Shown piece after piece: positions 13,277 through 24,924 of a stretch of DNA of 64,000 nt (positions are counted from its first letter, which is position 1; each line of letters starts with the position of its first letter). The position numbers and the translations under genes are program-made. The stretch comes from Octopus sinensis (lineage: Eukaryota), in contig NC_043012.1 in assembly GCF_006345805.1 (NCBI RefSeq), positions 33,666,001-33,730,000 on the forward strand, read 5' to 3'. The notes below the pieces were generated by a model. That model searched no databases and had not been told where the DNA came from. It saw only the letters and a program-made list of their open reading frames with translations.

Positions 13277-13812
13277 CCGTATTTTCCGGTGTATCAGCCG
13301 ATTTTTTACCAGGGAAATTTAGTGTGCGACCTAGAGAAATGTGCGTCTAATGTGTGTATTTTTATAAGTTTCGGGAGGAAAAATAATATGTGTATGGAGA
13401 TCGAATGATTCCACTGATTTTTCTCAGAGGAATATTCGGTCGGTAAACAACATGAAAGACTACTTCTACAGTACATTGGTACCTGGAAGAAAACAAAGAA
13501 TATTTGTTTTGTTTTATCTCCATGTTTTGATAATGTTATTTTTAATCTAATAAAAACTTTTATATTGACGAAATGTGTTTGTTGTTGAGTATAGTAAGAT
13601 AAAATCATAACAATAACAATACATCTCATAATTGTAAAATAAGGCATTTTGAAACCACATACACGTCAACAAAAAAATCTAACTGCGGACCCGTAGCTCT
13701 GTAGGTCTTTTAAACACCGGTGCGCTTCATGTGTGAATAAAACCAAAATTTTCCCAAAAAATTCTGCCCTGCGACTTAAATGCTGATGTGTTTTATAGAC
13801 CGGAAAATATTG
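13277..13812. mobile_element. Tc1/mariner-type MITE
   Basis: Imperfect TIRs CCGTATTTTCCGGTGTAT and (reverse complement) CAATATTTTCCGGTCTAT, each flanked by TA. No ORF. Confidence 0.65.
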
Positions 13813-13844
<32 letters not shown>

Positions 13845-13845
<1 letters not shown>

Positions 13846-14037
13846 ATCCCAAAAGGAAAACGAAGAACAAACAAAAATACAACGCGAGGACGTGGTGGTA
13901 CATGTAAAGCTTTAGCAGACGCTCAGGGAAGGGAAGAAAGGTGGTTTTACGTTTTGGGCAAAAGATCTTCTTCAGAAACAGAGGAAAATCCAATAGAAAG
14001 GAAGATAAAAAAAATCGCCAACGATTCACATGTGGTT

Positions 14038-14040
<3 letters not shown>
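13845..14040 (-). mobile_element. HHR-bearing repeat family 1B, degenerate HHR at 13944-13979
   Basis: The reverse complement reads GTTT-CTGAAGA-A-GATC..GCCC-AAAAC-GTA-AAAC. Flanked by (TA)n on both sides. Confidence 0.65.
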
Positions 14041-14086
<46 letters not shown>

Positions 14087-14088
<2 letters not shown>

Positions 14089-14301
14089 CCGCTAAGTCAA
14101 AGGGACGTAAACACACTAACACCGCTTGTCAAGTAGTGAGGGGGGAAAAACATAGACACAAAGATACACACACACACACACACACATATATATAATATAT
14201 ATATGTGTGTGTGTGTGTGTGTATCTTTGTGTCTATGTTTTTCCCCCCTCACTACTTGACAAGCGGTGTTAGTGTGTTTACGTCCCTTTGACTTGGCGGT
14301 C
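14087..14301. repeat. About 215-bp palindrome made of a SINE II internal fragment
   Basis: 14087-14166 is the reverse complement of 14222-14301 with 1 mismatch. The centre is (CA)n-(TA)n-(TG)n. Confidence 0.9.
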
Positions 14302-14938
14302 CGGCAAAACTGGCACTTTAGATATAAACTTTTACCTCCGTCAAACGGACCATACATTCAAACCCACCACTGTATTTCTATGTAAACATAATGGGAATTT
14401 CTATGTAAACATAAGGCGAACTACTGCCTAAATTCACCCTTCCGGAAAAAAACTCCTCCAGAGAACGATATATTCACCTATCCACAATTGGACGAAATAA
14501 CATGGATCTTGGAATACATCACGGAAAGTCTCTAGCTTATTCTCCTTCCTATACCCAAATAAGTTGAGCTTCACTACCATCCTCATGTTTGCTCTTATTC
14601 CTTTTCTGCCCTTTTAAAAAGTCAAACACACTGTACCTATTGTTAACTGTTTCTTATATGTATTAATCCTCCCAACCACTTAGACCTCTGAAGGCACGTT
14701 CATCATCCAAATTTTATCTGCGCATCCTTACAGATCACTCAGAGGATGGAGATGGAATGAAGGATTTCGTTGCCTCTTAGCAGAAACGGCCGTAAGGACT
14801 TAGTACCTTCTGACAATCTGATCTTTTGTTCTTTTCTGCTCCCTTCTGCAATATTAGTACATGTGTGTGTAACACATAGTTATTACATGTGTATGTATTC
14901 TTCTAATATTTTCAAATACTTTGGAAAAATAGACATAC

Positions 14939-14977
<39 letters not shown>

Positions 14978-15034
14978 ATATATATATATATATATATATA
15001 TATCATATATTATATATATATATATCGCCATGTT

Positions 15035-15235
15035 GATTCGTTAGTTACTGCACGCATTTTTTTTCTCTCCTTCTTTCTGTGTTTTTTTCTCTCTGTGTAT
15101 CTTTCTGTTGAAGAGCGTAGGCTCGAAACGTTAAAGACTTGTTTTATTTTATTTCCTCTGAGCGCCATACTAATACAATTGTTTGTTTGTTTCCCACCTG
15201 CCTTCGTCTTTTGTCTATTTTCATAAAGCTTCCCG
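15035..15235 (+). mobile_element. HHR-bearing repeat family 1A (HHR 15101-15136)
   Basis: CTTT-CTGTTGA-A-GAGC/GCTC-GAAAC-GTT-AAAG, lying between (TA)n tracts. Confidence 0.72.
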
Positions 15236-15261
15236 TTATATATATATATATATATATTTCA

Positions 15262-15460
15262 AAATGTAACCATATATGAATCGTTGGCGATTTTCTTCCT
15301 TCGTTTTCCCCTCTATTGGTCTTTCCTCTGTTTCAGAAGAAGAGCGTCTGCTCGAATCGTTAAACCATATTTCTTCCCTTCCCTGAGTGTCTGCTAATTC
15401 ATTACATGTACCACGTCCTCGTGTTGTTGTGTTTATTTGTGTTGTTCTTTTTCGGATTTA
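15262..15460 (+). mobile_element. HHR-bearing repeat family 1B (degenerate HHR 15330-15365)
   Basis: GTTT-CAGAAGA-A-GAGC/GCTC-GAATC-GTT-AAAC. Homologous to 12835-13030 and 61430-61595. Confidence 0.68.
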
Positions 15461-15522
15461 CTATATATATATATATATATATAATATATATATATATTAT
15501 ATATATAGATATGTATAGAGAC

Positions 15523-15588
<66 letters not shown>

Positions 15589-15674
15589 ACTTATATTACA
15601 ACTCCACACATGCATGTATATGTACAGACAAAATTTTTTCCATGTACTCAAACAACTACATATACTCTTTACTC

Positions 15675-16042
15675 TTTTACTCTTTTACTTGTTTCAGTCA
15701 TTTGACTGCGGCCATGCTGGAGCACCGCCTTTAGTTGAGCAACTCGACCCCGGACTTATTCTTTGTAAGCCCAGTACTTATCCTATCGGTCTCTTTTTGC
15801 CGAACCGCTAAGTAACGGGGACATAAACACACCAGTATCGGTTGTCAAGCAATGCTAGGGGGACAGACACAGACACACAAACATACATGCACACATATAT
15901 ATATATATACACATATACGACGGGCTTCTTTCAGTTTCCGTCTACCAAATCCACTCACAAGGCTTTGGTCGGCCCGAGGCTATAGTAGAAGATACTTGCC
16001 CAAGGTGCCACGCTGTGGGACTGAACCCGGAACCATGTGGTT
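15675..16042 (-). mobile_element. SINE family II
   Basis: Matches the family consensus (TTTTACTTGTTTCAGTCATTTGACTGCGGCCATGCTGGAGCACCGCC ... GGGACTGAACCCGGAACC). Confidence 0.85.
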
Positions 16043-16073
16043 GAATATATGTGTTTTTATGTGTGAGTGTTTA

Positions 16074-16117
<44 letters not shown>

Positions 16118-16419
16118 AAGAGAGAGACAGAGAGACAGAGACAGAGAGAAATGTGAAGACAGGGAAGATAGTATGATTAATATACAAACTAGTGTGTTCA
16201 GGTTGCTTATTTTCCCTCTTGGGAGTTTCAAGCGCCACTATCATCACCACCACCAGCACCACCACCACCGGCACCACCACCACCGGCACCACCACCACCG
16301 GCACCACCACCGGCACCACCACCACTAAACTAACAACAACAACTACTACAGCTACTACTACTACTACTGTTAAATAGAATGGTGTTATATTCTTGCATTA
16401 TTTTTCTTTGGCTTATCTG

Positions 16420-16450
<31 letters not shown>

Positions 16451-16619
16451 TATATATATTTGTGTAAATATGTATATATACACATATATATATATTTGTG
16501 CGCATATGTACGCATGTAGAATTGCAGAAGAATATATTTACATTTATACTTTCCTTTAAACATATACGCACACTCATGTTTGTGTACGTGACTGAGTATG
16601 AAAATATATATATATATAA

Positions 16620-16657
<38 letters not shown>

Positions 16658-17083
16658 TGTAATAGATATATATATATATATTATTATATATATATATATA
16701 TATATGAATACATACATATTATATATATATTAGGAATTTTGCCTACCCTATATATATATATTATATATATATATTATATATATATGAGACAAACAGATAG
16801 ACAGAGATACATACACATACGCAATAACATCCAAATACATAATTGCACATAAAATAAGATGTCTTTGTGTATTTGTGTATGTGCATATGTTTGTGTATCT
16901 GTGTGTCTTGTGTGTGTGTGTGTGTGTTTACTCTTGTCGTGGTGGCTGTGGCTGCCTTCAATCATTTTCCTTAATCCTGTACGAAAATTCCCCTATATTT
17001 ACTTTACCGAAAATGGTTATTTAAAACCTTATTCCCAAATCCTTTATTTATCATATCTCTTTCTTTCTTTCTTTCTTTCTTTT

Positions 17084-17130
<47 letters not shown>

Positions 17131-17791
17131 CCACTTCTCTCTCTCTCACTCTCTCTCTCTCTCTCTCTTCTTTTATATGTATATACAGAGAGTGAAAGCG
17201 AGAGAGAGAGGAGGGAGAGTGAAAGAAGAAGAGAGATATGAAATCTATTTTATGTATATCTATGTTATATATTTGTATTTTATAAGGCCATTATTTTATA
17301 TCTATATTCTAACTAATACATAGTTAATTTGTTTATGCATAGACTATATTTAAAAGCCTATTCAATAGTTATTAAACAATAATGAATAAGCATTTATCTT
17401 TCCTCTTCAAATTCTTTCAAGGTATTTTCTCATATTTCTCTTGAAATTATGTATCATATTTATGTGTGTGCACAAACGTATGTGTACATACATATAATTA
17501 TATATGTGTGTGGTGTGTGTGTTTGTGGGGTTTCTGTTTTTTTCTGTGTGTGTGTGTGATGTTTGTGTTGTGCGTATATTCTGTGTCTGTGTCCCTGTGT
17601 GCACGCGTGGCGTCTATATTTATCATTACTATGGATTTATGAGTAATGTATGTATGTATGTAGTATGTATGTATGTTGTATACACGAGAGAGAGAGAGAG
17701 AGAATATCGTAAAATTATCAACCTTTTTTGAGCGAGTTAGAAAACAGAGACCTAATGGATCCAAATTAATTTATTAATTAATCAACATATT

Positions 17792-17894
17792 CACCAACAA
17801 TGTTTTCATTTTCAAGCAAAGTGAAATTACAAAAACATATGGAAAATATACTGTTTTGTATTTTAAATATCTGTAAAGAAAATCATCAGGAGTG
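17792..17894 (-). ncRNA. Probable long-loop type-I hammerhead (second copy at 18877-18979)
   Basis: Copy 1: CTGATGA-TTTTC...GAAAAT-GAAAAC-ATT-GTT. Copy 2: CTGAGGA-TTTTC...GAAAT-GAAAC-AATT-GTT, with palindromic stem III ACAATTGT. Stem I is imperfect. Confidence 0.5.
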
Positions 17895-18170
17895 GGCAGA
17901 GGACGATAAGGATTACATTAGGATACTTTAGGAATAAGGAATATTTACAGGCATTGTTTATGATAGTAAATGTTGATTTTCCTTACAAAAGTTAGATTTA
18001 AAATGAAAATTATATATTTATATATGTTTGTAATTTTAATTTTGTTTGTGAAATGAAGCAATTATTAGTGAATATGTTGATTAATTAATAACAATTTGTA
18101 TCCCATAGATCTCTCCTTTCTGACTCGATTAAAATGTTTGCTTTTCGCGATATTCTTTCTATATAACATT

Positions 18171-18270
18171 NNNNNNNNNNNNNNNNNNNNNNNNNNNNNN
18201 NNNNNNNNNNNNNNNNNNNNNNNNNNNNNNNNNNNNNNNNNNNNNNNNNNNNNNNNNNNNNNNNNNNNNN
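18171..18270. other. Assembly gap (100 N) flanked by an about 1-kb duplicated overlap (17195-18170 versus 18271-19250)
   Basis: A run of N. The flanks are the same sequence, differing largely by small indels. Confidence 0.95.
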
Positions 18271-18602
18271 GAAAGCGAGAGAGAGAGAGAGGGAGAGTGA
18301 AAGAAGAAGAGAGATATGAAATCTATTTTATGTATCATCTATGTTATATATTTTGTTTATTTTATAAGGCCCATTATTTTATATATCATCTAAGTAATAC
18401 ATAGTCAATTTGTTTATGCATTAGCTATATTATACATAGCCTATTACAATAGTTATTAAACTATAATGCATAAAGCATTTATCTTTCCTCTTCAAATTCT
18501 TTCAAGGTATTTTCTCATATTTCTCTTGAAATTATGTATCATATTTATGTGTGTGCACAAACGTATGTGTACATACATATATATATATATATATGTGTGT
18601 GT

Positions 18603-18644
<42 letters not shown>

Positions 18645-19351
18645 TGTGTGTGTGTGCGTCTCTGTATGTGTCTGTGTCCCTGTGTGCACGCGTGGCAGTC
18701 TATATTTATATCATTACTATATGTATTTATGTATGTATGTATGTATGTATGTATGTATGTATGTATACACAGAGAGAGAGAGAGAGAGAATATCGTAAAA
18801 TATCAAGCCTTTTTTATCGAGTTAGAAAACAGAGACCTAATGGATACAAATTAATTTATTAATTAATCAACATATTCACCAACAATTGTTTCATTTCTCA
18901 AGCAAAGTGAAAATTACAAAACATATGTAAATATATGATTTTGTATTTTAAATATCTTGTAACGAAAATCCTCAGAGTGTGCAGAGGACGATAAGGATTA
19001 CATTAGGATACTTTAGGAATACAGAGAATATACAGGCATGTTTACTATAGTAAATGTTGATTTTCCTTACAAAGTATTTAAAATGCAAAATTATATATTT
19101 ATATATGTTTTGTAATTTTAATTTTGTTTGTGAAATGAAGCAATTATTAGTGAATATGTTGATTAATTAATAAACTAATTTGTATCCATTAGATCTCTCC
19201 TTTCTGACTCGATAAAAATGTTTGCTATTTCGCGATATTCTTTCTATATAATATATTCATTGAAGAATTATCACTTCAATATTAAACCAGTGTATCTTGA
19301 ATGAATATCACTATAAGAGATTTAAATATCCTCATTGTGACTATACCTACA

Positions 19352-19436
<85 letters not shown>

Positions 19437-19437
19437 C

Positions 19438-19669
19438 TCAAAATAAGCAACAAGGATATCCAAGGTAGTGTAGTATAATCGTTTCATGCTACTTCATTTT
19501 ATTAACAATGTAAGTATTACATCAGTTTTAAAATATAAAGCAATCTTCAGCCACATATAGAATTTTTTTATATTTTAAAACTGATGTAATACTTACCTTG
19601 TTTAATAAAATGAAGTAGCACGAAGCGATTGTACTACGCTACCTTGGATATCCTTGTTGCTTATTTTGA
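19438..19669 (-). mobile_element. Fold-back HHR element: about 102-bp inverted arms with a hammerhead at 19470-19554 (minus strand)
   Basis: Arms 19438-19539 and 19567-19669 differ at about 6 positions. Minus strand: GTGG-CTGAAGA-T-TGCT...AGCA-T-GAAAC-GATT-ATA-CTAC. The right arm retains GATT-GTA. Confidence 0.72.
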
Positions 19670-19949
19670 TTATAATCACCCCATTTGATGTATATGGATA
19701 ATACCATACAAAATTCTGGTGCCTTTAACTTAAGTACCATATTCATCTGAATCTAAATTTTGCTGAACTTATATATATATATATATATATATAGTTGGAA
19801 AAAGTTTAGAGATCTATATAAATCAAATTTTTATATATAAAAAAAGATGAAAGTGGAAATAAATTTCAATTTAAGAGGGAATTTAATAAAATATATATAA
19901 AAATAATAATATTGCTGGTTTCGATGTATTTCATCTTATGTATTTCATC

Positions 19950-20150
19950 TTATATTTTTTGATTATTATTTTCCGAAAGATTTTCATTTACGACGCAGAT
20001 TTCGGAAATCAAAAATGAAAATTATTTTTTTTCTCAAGAACGTACCGTTTCAGATACGTTCGGCGCTATATATGCATTCATACACATAAACTCTCATTTA
20101 TATAGTAGAGATGTAACATAATATAACATAATATCAGTAAAACTTCATAA
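19950..20150 (-). mobile_element. Dispersed repeat, possibly Helitron/HINE-like (second copy at 26875-27060)
   Basis: Two copies of about 190 bp are clearly homologous. The minus-strand start ATCT..TATATAAATGAGAG resembles non-autonomous Helitron-like 5' ends. The classification is uncertain. Confidence 0.45.
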
Positions 20151-20561
20151 AGATTATAAAAATTTGAAGCAGTTGGTCAAAAATATATATATATATATAT
20201 ATATATCTTACATATAAATGGCAATATCTGTCTGTCTATCCGTCGGCCTGTTACCATCTTGCTGCCCTAACCAGGAAACCAATCTTCAAACTTTGTATAC
20301 ATGTTGAACTGACATCCAATTCAATTATAGGCGAATTGGATTTCAATAAAAATCAGTAATGGACCGACTACGGGGGTCGGGCTATTTACATGATAAAATG
20401 AGAGGGGGAGAAAAGTGCTAGGTCCAGGGAAACGTGGCATAATGATGGTGGCTGATATCAGGGAAGGGGAGGAGACAGGAAGAGACAGAGACACAGGGAG
20501 AATGTGAAAGACAGACAGAGAACGACAGACAGGAACGTCTTACATATATAAAAGAGAGATT

Positions 20562-20607
<46 letters not shown>

Positions 20608-20982
20608 CGTGCGTGCGTACGTGTGTTTGTGTGTGTGCGTGCGTATCTTCCTTATGCATTCCAGAACTGAGTTGCAGATTTTGACGTATGGAGCATCATA
20701 AGATTCAGTAATCTTACGACTACCAATTAAACTTTATTTTCATTTACATATTTGCATTGCAAAAATTTTGCATTGGAATCTTTTCTATAAGCCAAGTATT
20801 GTAAACATTTTATACCACGGCGATAACGATGACGACGTTACATTTTCTGTATGAGTGTTTACCTTAAAATACATCCATTTCTCTATCTGTTATGACGAAA
20901 TAAGTCACCACACTATCTCTCTATCTTTCTTTCTCTCTCTATCTCTTTCTCTTTCTGTCTCACTCTCATACACATGTACACG

Positions 20983-21029
<47 letters not shown>

Positions 21030-21049
21030 TATTTTATCTTTTAACTTTT

Positions 21050-21165
21050 TGTCTCTTACTTGTTCAGTCGTTTGACTGCGGCCATGCTGAAGCACCGCCT
21101 TGACAGGTTTTTCCAGTCGAACAAATCGACTCCAAGTTTGTGTGTGCGTGTGTGTCTTTGTGTAG

Positions 21166-21237
<72 letters not shown>

Positions 21238-21400
21238 TGTCTGTATATGTGTGTTTTGTTTTTTTTTGTGTGTGCGCCTTTGTATCCATGTTTGCCACCA
21301 CCACCTCTTGGCAGTTTGTGTTGGTGTGTTTACGTCCCCGTATTTTATGTCCCCGTATTTTAGTCCCCGTCAGATTATCAGCTCCAGCCATGACCCTCAC
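21050..21400 (-). mobile_element. SINE family II, degenerate 3' part
   Basis: GACTGCGGCCATGCTGAAGCACCGCC and GGTGTGTTTACGTCCCCG motifs. Confidence 0.6.
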
Positions 21401-21524
21401 CTCTTTTTCATATGTAGAATTACGTTGTCCGACGTGCACACCTCCCATTTTTTAATCTAACCGGTTGGATACAATTATGATGGTGATTTGGTTACAATTT
21501 CTAGCAAATCGCGACAATGTAGAG

Positions 21525-21863
21525 CAGTGGCTCTCAACTGAGGCCCATATGAGCCCTTAGCGTCCATATAAGATTTTGGGCGGCCCACACAAGCAAAATG
21601 GAAATAATAGTAATAATTTATGGCTCCATGAGAAATTTTTGTTTTCGATTTACTTATTGCTAGAAAAACTTAGGTTTCTCTCTTTGACATTTTACATAGT
21701 TCAGCCTACACAAGTGATTGAGTGCTAAACAAAATAAGAATTTTAAAAGAAGTCTCTATAAAACCAGTTTTTAAATATCGAATCACTATGGCTGGCTATC
21801 CACCAGAAAAAAAAAAGAAATCAAAGAGGCCGATTGATAAAAAAAAATAGATGAGAATCATTG
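21525..21863. mobile_element. hAT (Charlie-like) MITE with 8-bp TSD
   Basis: TIRs CAGTGGCTCTCAAC and (reverse complement) CAATGATTCTCATC. The identical 8-bp flanks ATGTAGAG lie at 21517-21524 and 21864-21871. Confidence 0.82.
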
Positions 21864-22907
21864 ATGTAGAGGTTTTGTAACTAGTGATTTCTAAGGATTA
21901 ATTACTTGGGGCAACAGATATATGTATAACAGCCGACAGAAGCACGCAGCTTCATGCTGAAACGTGGTATGGAGTGTTGGGTGGAGGTGGTCTTGATTGT
22001 AAAGGTCAATGTCACTTATTCCAGATGTAAGATTCTTTATCAAGTGCCACTAAGCTCTTACGAAACGAGGCCACAGATTCTTTGTATCTTTAACTGTTAT
22101 AACTTTATGGAATTTCCTTTTAAAATAAAAATTGAAATAAATAGAATATATATTACTATGGTTAAATGAGATATTTCTTTCATTTATATATATATATATA
22201 TAGTGTGTGTGTGTGTGTGTGGTGTGTGTGTGTGTGTGTGTTGTGTGTGTATGTATATATATATATATATAGTATGCATGTATGTATGTATGTATATATA
22301 CATGCATAAATACATACATGCTTGCATACAGATATATGCATGTATGTATATATGTATGTATGTATGTATGCATGTATGTATGTATGTATGTATTTACGTA
22401 CGTATGTATGTATGTATGTATGTATGTAGGTAGGTAGGTAGGTAGGTGGGTAGGTAGGTAGGTAGGTAGGTAGGTAAGTTGGTAGGCAGGTAGGTAGGTA
22501 GGTAGGTAGGTAGTTAGGCATGCCATTATTCAGTTTTATTTCTAGATTTCTTGCGAATACAGAAAATGCCGATTCTAACCTAGATTCAAATACTGAGTAT
22601 TTTTGCAGTATTTGGACTCAGTGCATGTGCAGATTAGTAAGTTTTGTTTTATCTATGTATTCTCATGCATATGTTTGCATGTCTAGACATGCTCATATAT
22701 ACTTAAATGGTAAACCTGAAAAGTTTTACAAATTTTTACAGTTCTAATGATGGTTTGGATTTGTAGTCTTTGAATCAGCTTTCTCCTTTCTTGATGCGTG
22801 TATGTATGTATGTATGTATGTATGTATGTATGTATGTATGTAGTATGTATGTATGTATGTATGTATGTATGCATGCATATATATGTGTATAAGTATACGA
22901 GCATATG

Positions 22908-23800
22908 TACGTGGTCTGATCAATATATAACCGGACTGTTGCCATAATAACGAAGCAAAGCATGCAGAGTAAAGCCGCTTGGCACAGATTGTCTTTGAAC
23001 TCTGCTGTGCATGCGCACTAAGTTTTAACCTTTTACCTCACTTCCTCTGTTTACAGCAATGCTTGGAAGGAAGGTGTGTAGCTTGTGGTCGTCGCATTGA
23101 CCATGACAGAGAAAGTTGAGCACAGAATCTGCATCAAATTTTGCCAAAGGTTTGGCGATATCTCCTCAGAGGTCTACGCAAAGTTTTCAAAGAGTTTTCA
23201 TCATTCTCAACACTAACAAGATCTTGTACAACTGAAACCCGAGTGTCTTTTTGATCACTTGAAGCAGTTTTGGCACAAACTTGGCAGATACGCGTCTCAT
23301 AGCCAAATCTTAAGAGATAATGGATTGAACTGAACCGTAACTATTCTGCACATCTGATAACTCACGGGTGTTGATTCGACGATTTTCCCTTAGAGCTGCA
23401 CGCAGCTCTGCAGCAATGTTTTGCCAGTTCTCCTTGTTGCGGGTCTCCCAGAATGTTCGTCGATACCAACATTTTTGAGGTCACCTTGGAAACGTCTGAA
23501 CCACTCATACACATGTGTGCGACTCATACACTCTTCTCTATACACTTTCTGCAACTTTGCGTAGGCCTCTGTGCTGGTATCGCCATGACAAATTTCTCTG
23601 TCATGGTCAATGTGACGATCACACGCTACGTACCTTCCTTCCAAGCATTGCTGTAAACAGCAGAAGTGAGCTACAACGTTAAAACTTAGTATGCATGCAC
23701 AGCCGAGTTCACAGTCAATCTTTGTCAAGTGTCTTTACTCTGCATGCATACTCTTTGTTACTATGGTAACAGTCCTGATAATTATTGATCAAGCATCGTA
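22908..23800. mobile_element. Two mariner 5' ends joined in convergent orientation
   Basis: Plus strand: TACGTGGTCTGATCAAT...MTEKVEHRICIKFCQRFGD. Minus strand: TACGATGCTTGATCAAT...AYAKLQKVYREECMSRTHVYEWFRRFQG...HSGRP (mariner HTH). TA at both outer ends. Confidence 0.8.
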
Positions 23801-23866
23801 CGTTTATATGCATACATATACACAACTATATATATATCTATCTATACATTTATATATATATATATA

Positions 23867-24051
23867 CCGGAGCAAGCACATAAATGTGAAACAAGGTGGA
23901 AAAAAGAGTACTCAAATACCAGAGGTAGAGTAATATTCTTTATTTAAAAGCAGCAAACAAGTAACAAAAGCTGTTACTCAGAGTTTCACGTTCCCGTTCG
24001 ACGAACTCTGAGTAAAAGCTTTTGTTATATTTCTGCTGCTTTTAAATAAAG
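23867..24051 (-). mobile_element. HHR family 2 fold-back element, core truncated
   Basis: Homologous to 56702-56850. The reverse complement retains GA-ACG-GGAA-CGT-GAAAC-TCTGA-GTA-ACAG, but CTGAT is lost at the inversion point. Arms at about 23938-23985 and 24003-24051. Confidence 0.78.
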
Positions 24052-24077
24052 TATATATATATATATGTGTGTGTGTG

Positions 24078-24250
24078 TCAGCGCAGTTTGTTATGAGCAT
24101 AATATGCTGTACTAGATGAAAAACGGTACCGGAGTCCCATATGCAAAAAGTACGACCTATTAAGTTCGGATGCATCTTTCAAATGCCTTTACTTTTGGCG
24201 CGCTGAGACTCGAAAAACCAGCCTGCAGCTAATAATTAGCAGCAGTCAAA
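24078..24250 (-). repeat. 173-bp inverted copy of 25089-25261
   Basis: Reverse-complement identity with about 2 mismatches. It ends inside the hammerhead core (CTGAC). Confidence 0.9.
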
Positions 24251-24296
24251 CCTTCGAACAGAGATAGTCGGAAGCGACACCTACTGGTCTGACTAC

Positions 24297-24338
24297 GCTA
24301 CATTGACAAGGGGCAATACTCCGAAACGCGTCTGTAGC
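24297..24338 (+). ncRNA. Minimal type-I hammerhead, U3-A8 variant, copy 1
   Basis: GCTACA-TTGACAA-GGGG(CAATA)CTCC-GAAAC-GC-GTC^-TGTAGC. Predicted cut after 24332. Confidence 0.85.
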
Positions 24339-24655
24339 TGTCGATCAAGTAGTGTGGAGCGACTGACCTCCCTTGTTCGAAGGTGATATGGATACAGTTT
24401 GTGTATCAAATAGCTAACTTAAGGCGATGGCCTCATGGAGCTAATAAGCGGACAGCTTTATTCTTTATTTTATAAGAATGCCATATTAGTATGGCGATAA
24501 CTATTAATTTCCAGAAACGCTGCCGTGTTCTCTTTTAGAGAGACTTAGTAATTTTAATATTTTATTATTGAAAACAAGTGGATGTATTCCACTGAAACTA
24601 GGTAAATAAAACCTTCGAACAGATAGTCGGAATCGACACCTACTGGTCTGACTAC

Positions 24656-24697
24656 GCTACATTGACAAGGGGCAATACCCCGAAACGCGTCTGTAGC
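24656..24697 (+). ncRNA. Minimal type-I hammerhead, U3-A8 variant, copy 2
   Basis: GCTACA-TTGACAA-GGGG(CAATA)CCCC-GAAAC-GC-GTC^-TGTAGC. Predicted cut after 24691. Confidence 0.87.
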
Positions 24698-24886
24698 TGT
24701 CGATCAAGTAGTGTGGAGCGACTGACCTCCCTTGTTCGAAGGTTATGGATACAGTTTGTGTATCAAATAGCTAACTTAAGGCGATGGCCTCATGGAGCTA
24801 ATAAGCGGACAGCTTTATTCTTATTTTTATAAGAATGCCATAATAGTATGGCGATAACTATTTATATATATATAATATATAATATA

Positions 24887-24917
<31 letters not shown>

Positions 24918-24924
<7 letters not shown>

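Larger units (their letters stand above)
24248..24862 (+). mobile_element. Retrozyme-like element: two about 255-bp direct repeats, each with a hammerhead, around a 103-bp unique spacer
   Basis: Repeats 24248-24505 and 24609-24862 differ at about 6 sites. Spacer 24506-24608. The 3' end is at (TA)n. Confidence 0.85.

Noticed and set aside
14724-14797. Hammerhead-like 3' half (CTCAGAGG/CCTCTTAG, GAAAC-GGCC-GTA, TCCT/AGGA)
   Set aside because: No recognisable CTGANGA core. Possibly a decayed HHR, but not supportable.
17195-19250. About 1-kb tandem duplication
   Set aside because: It straddles the 100-N gap and the copies differ largely by small indels, so it is most likely an unmerged contig overlap. 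The HHR-like motif inside is counted once.
21933-21970. CCGACAGA-AGCA/TGCT-GAAAC-GTG-GTA
   Set aside because: The core has two deviations and stem I does not pair.
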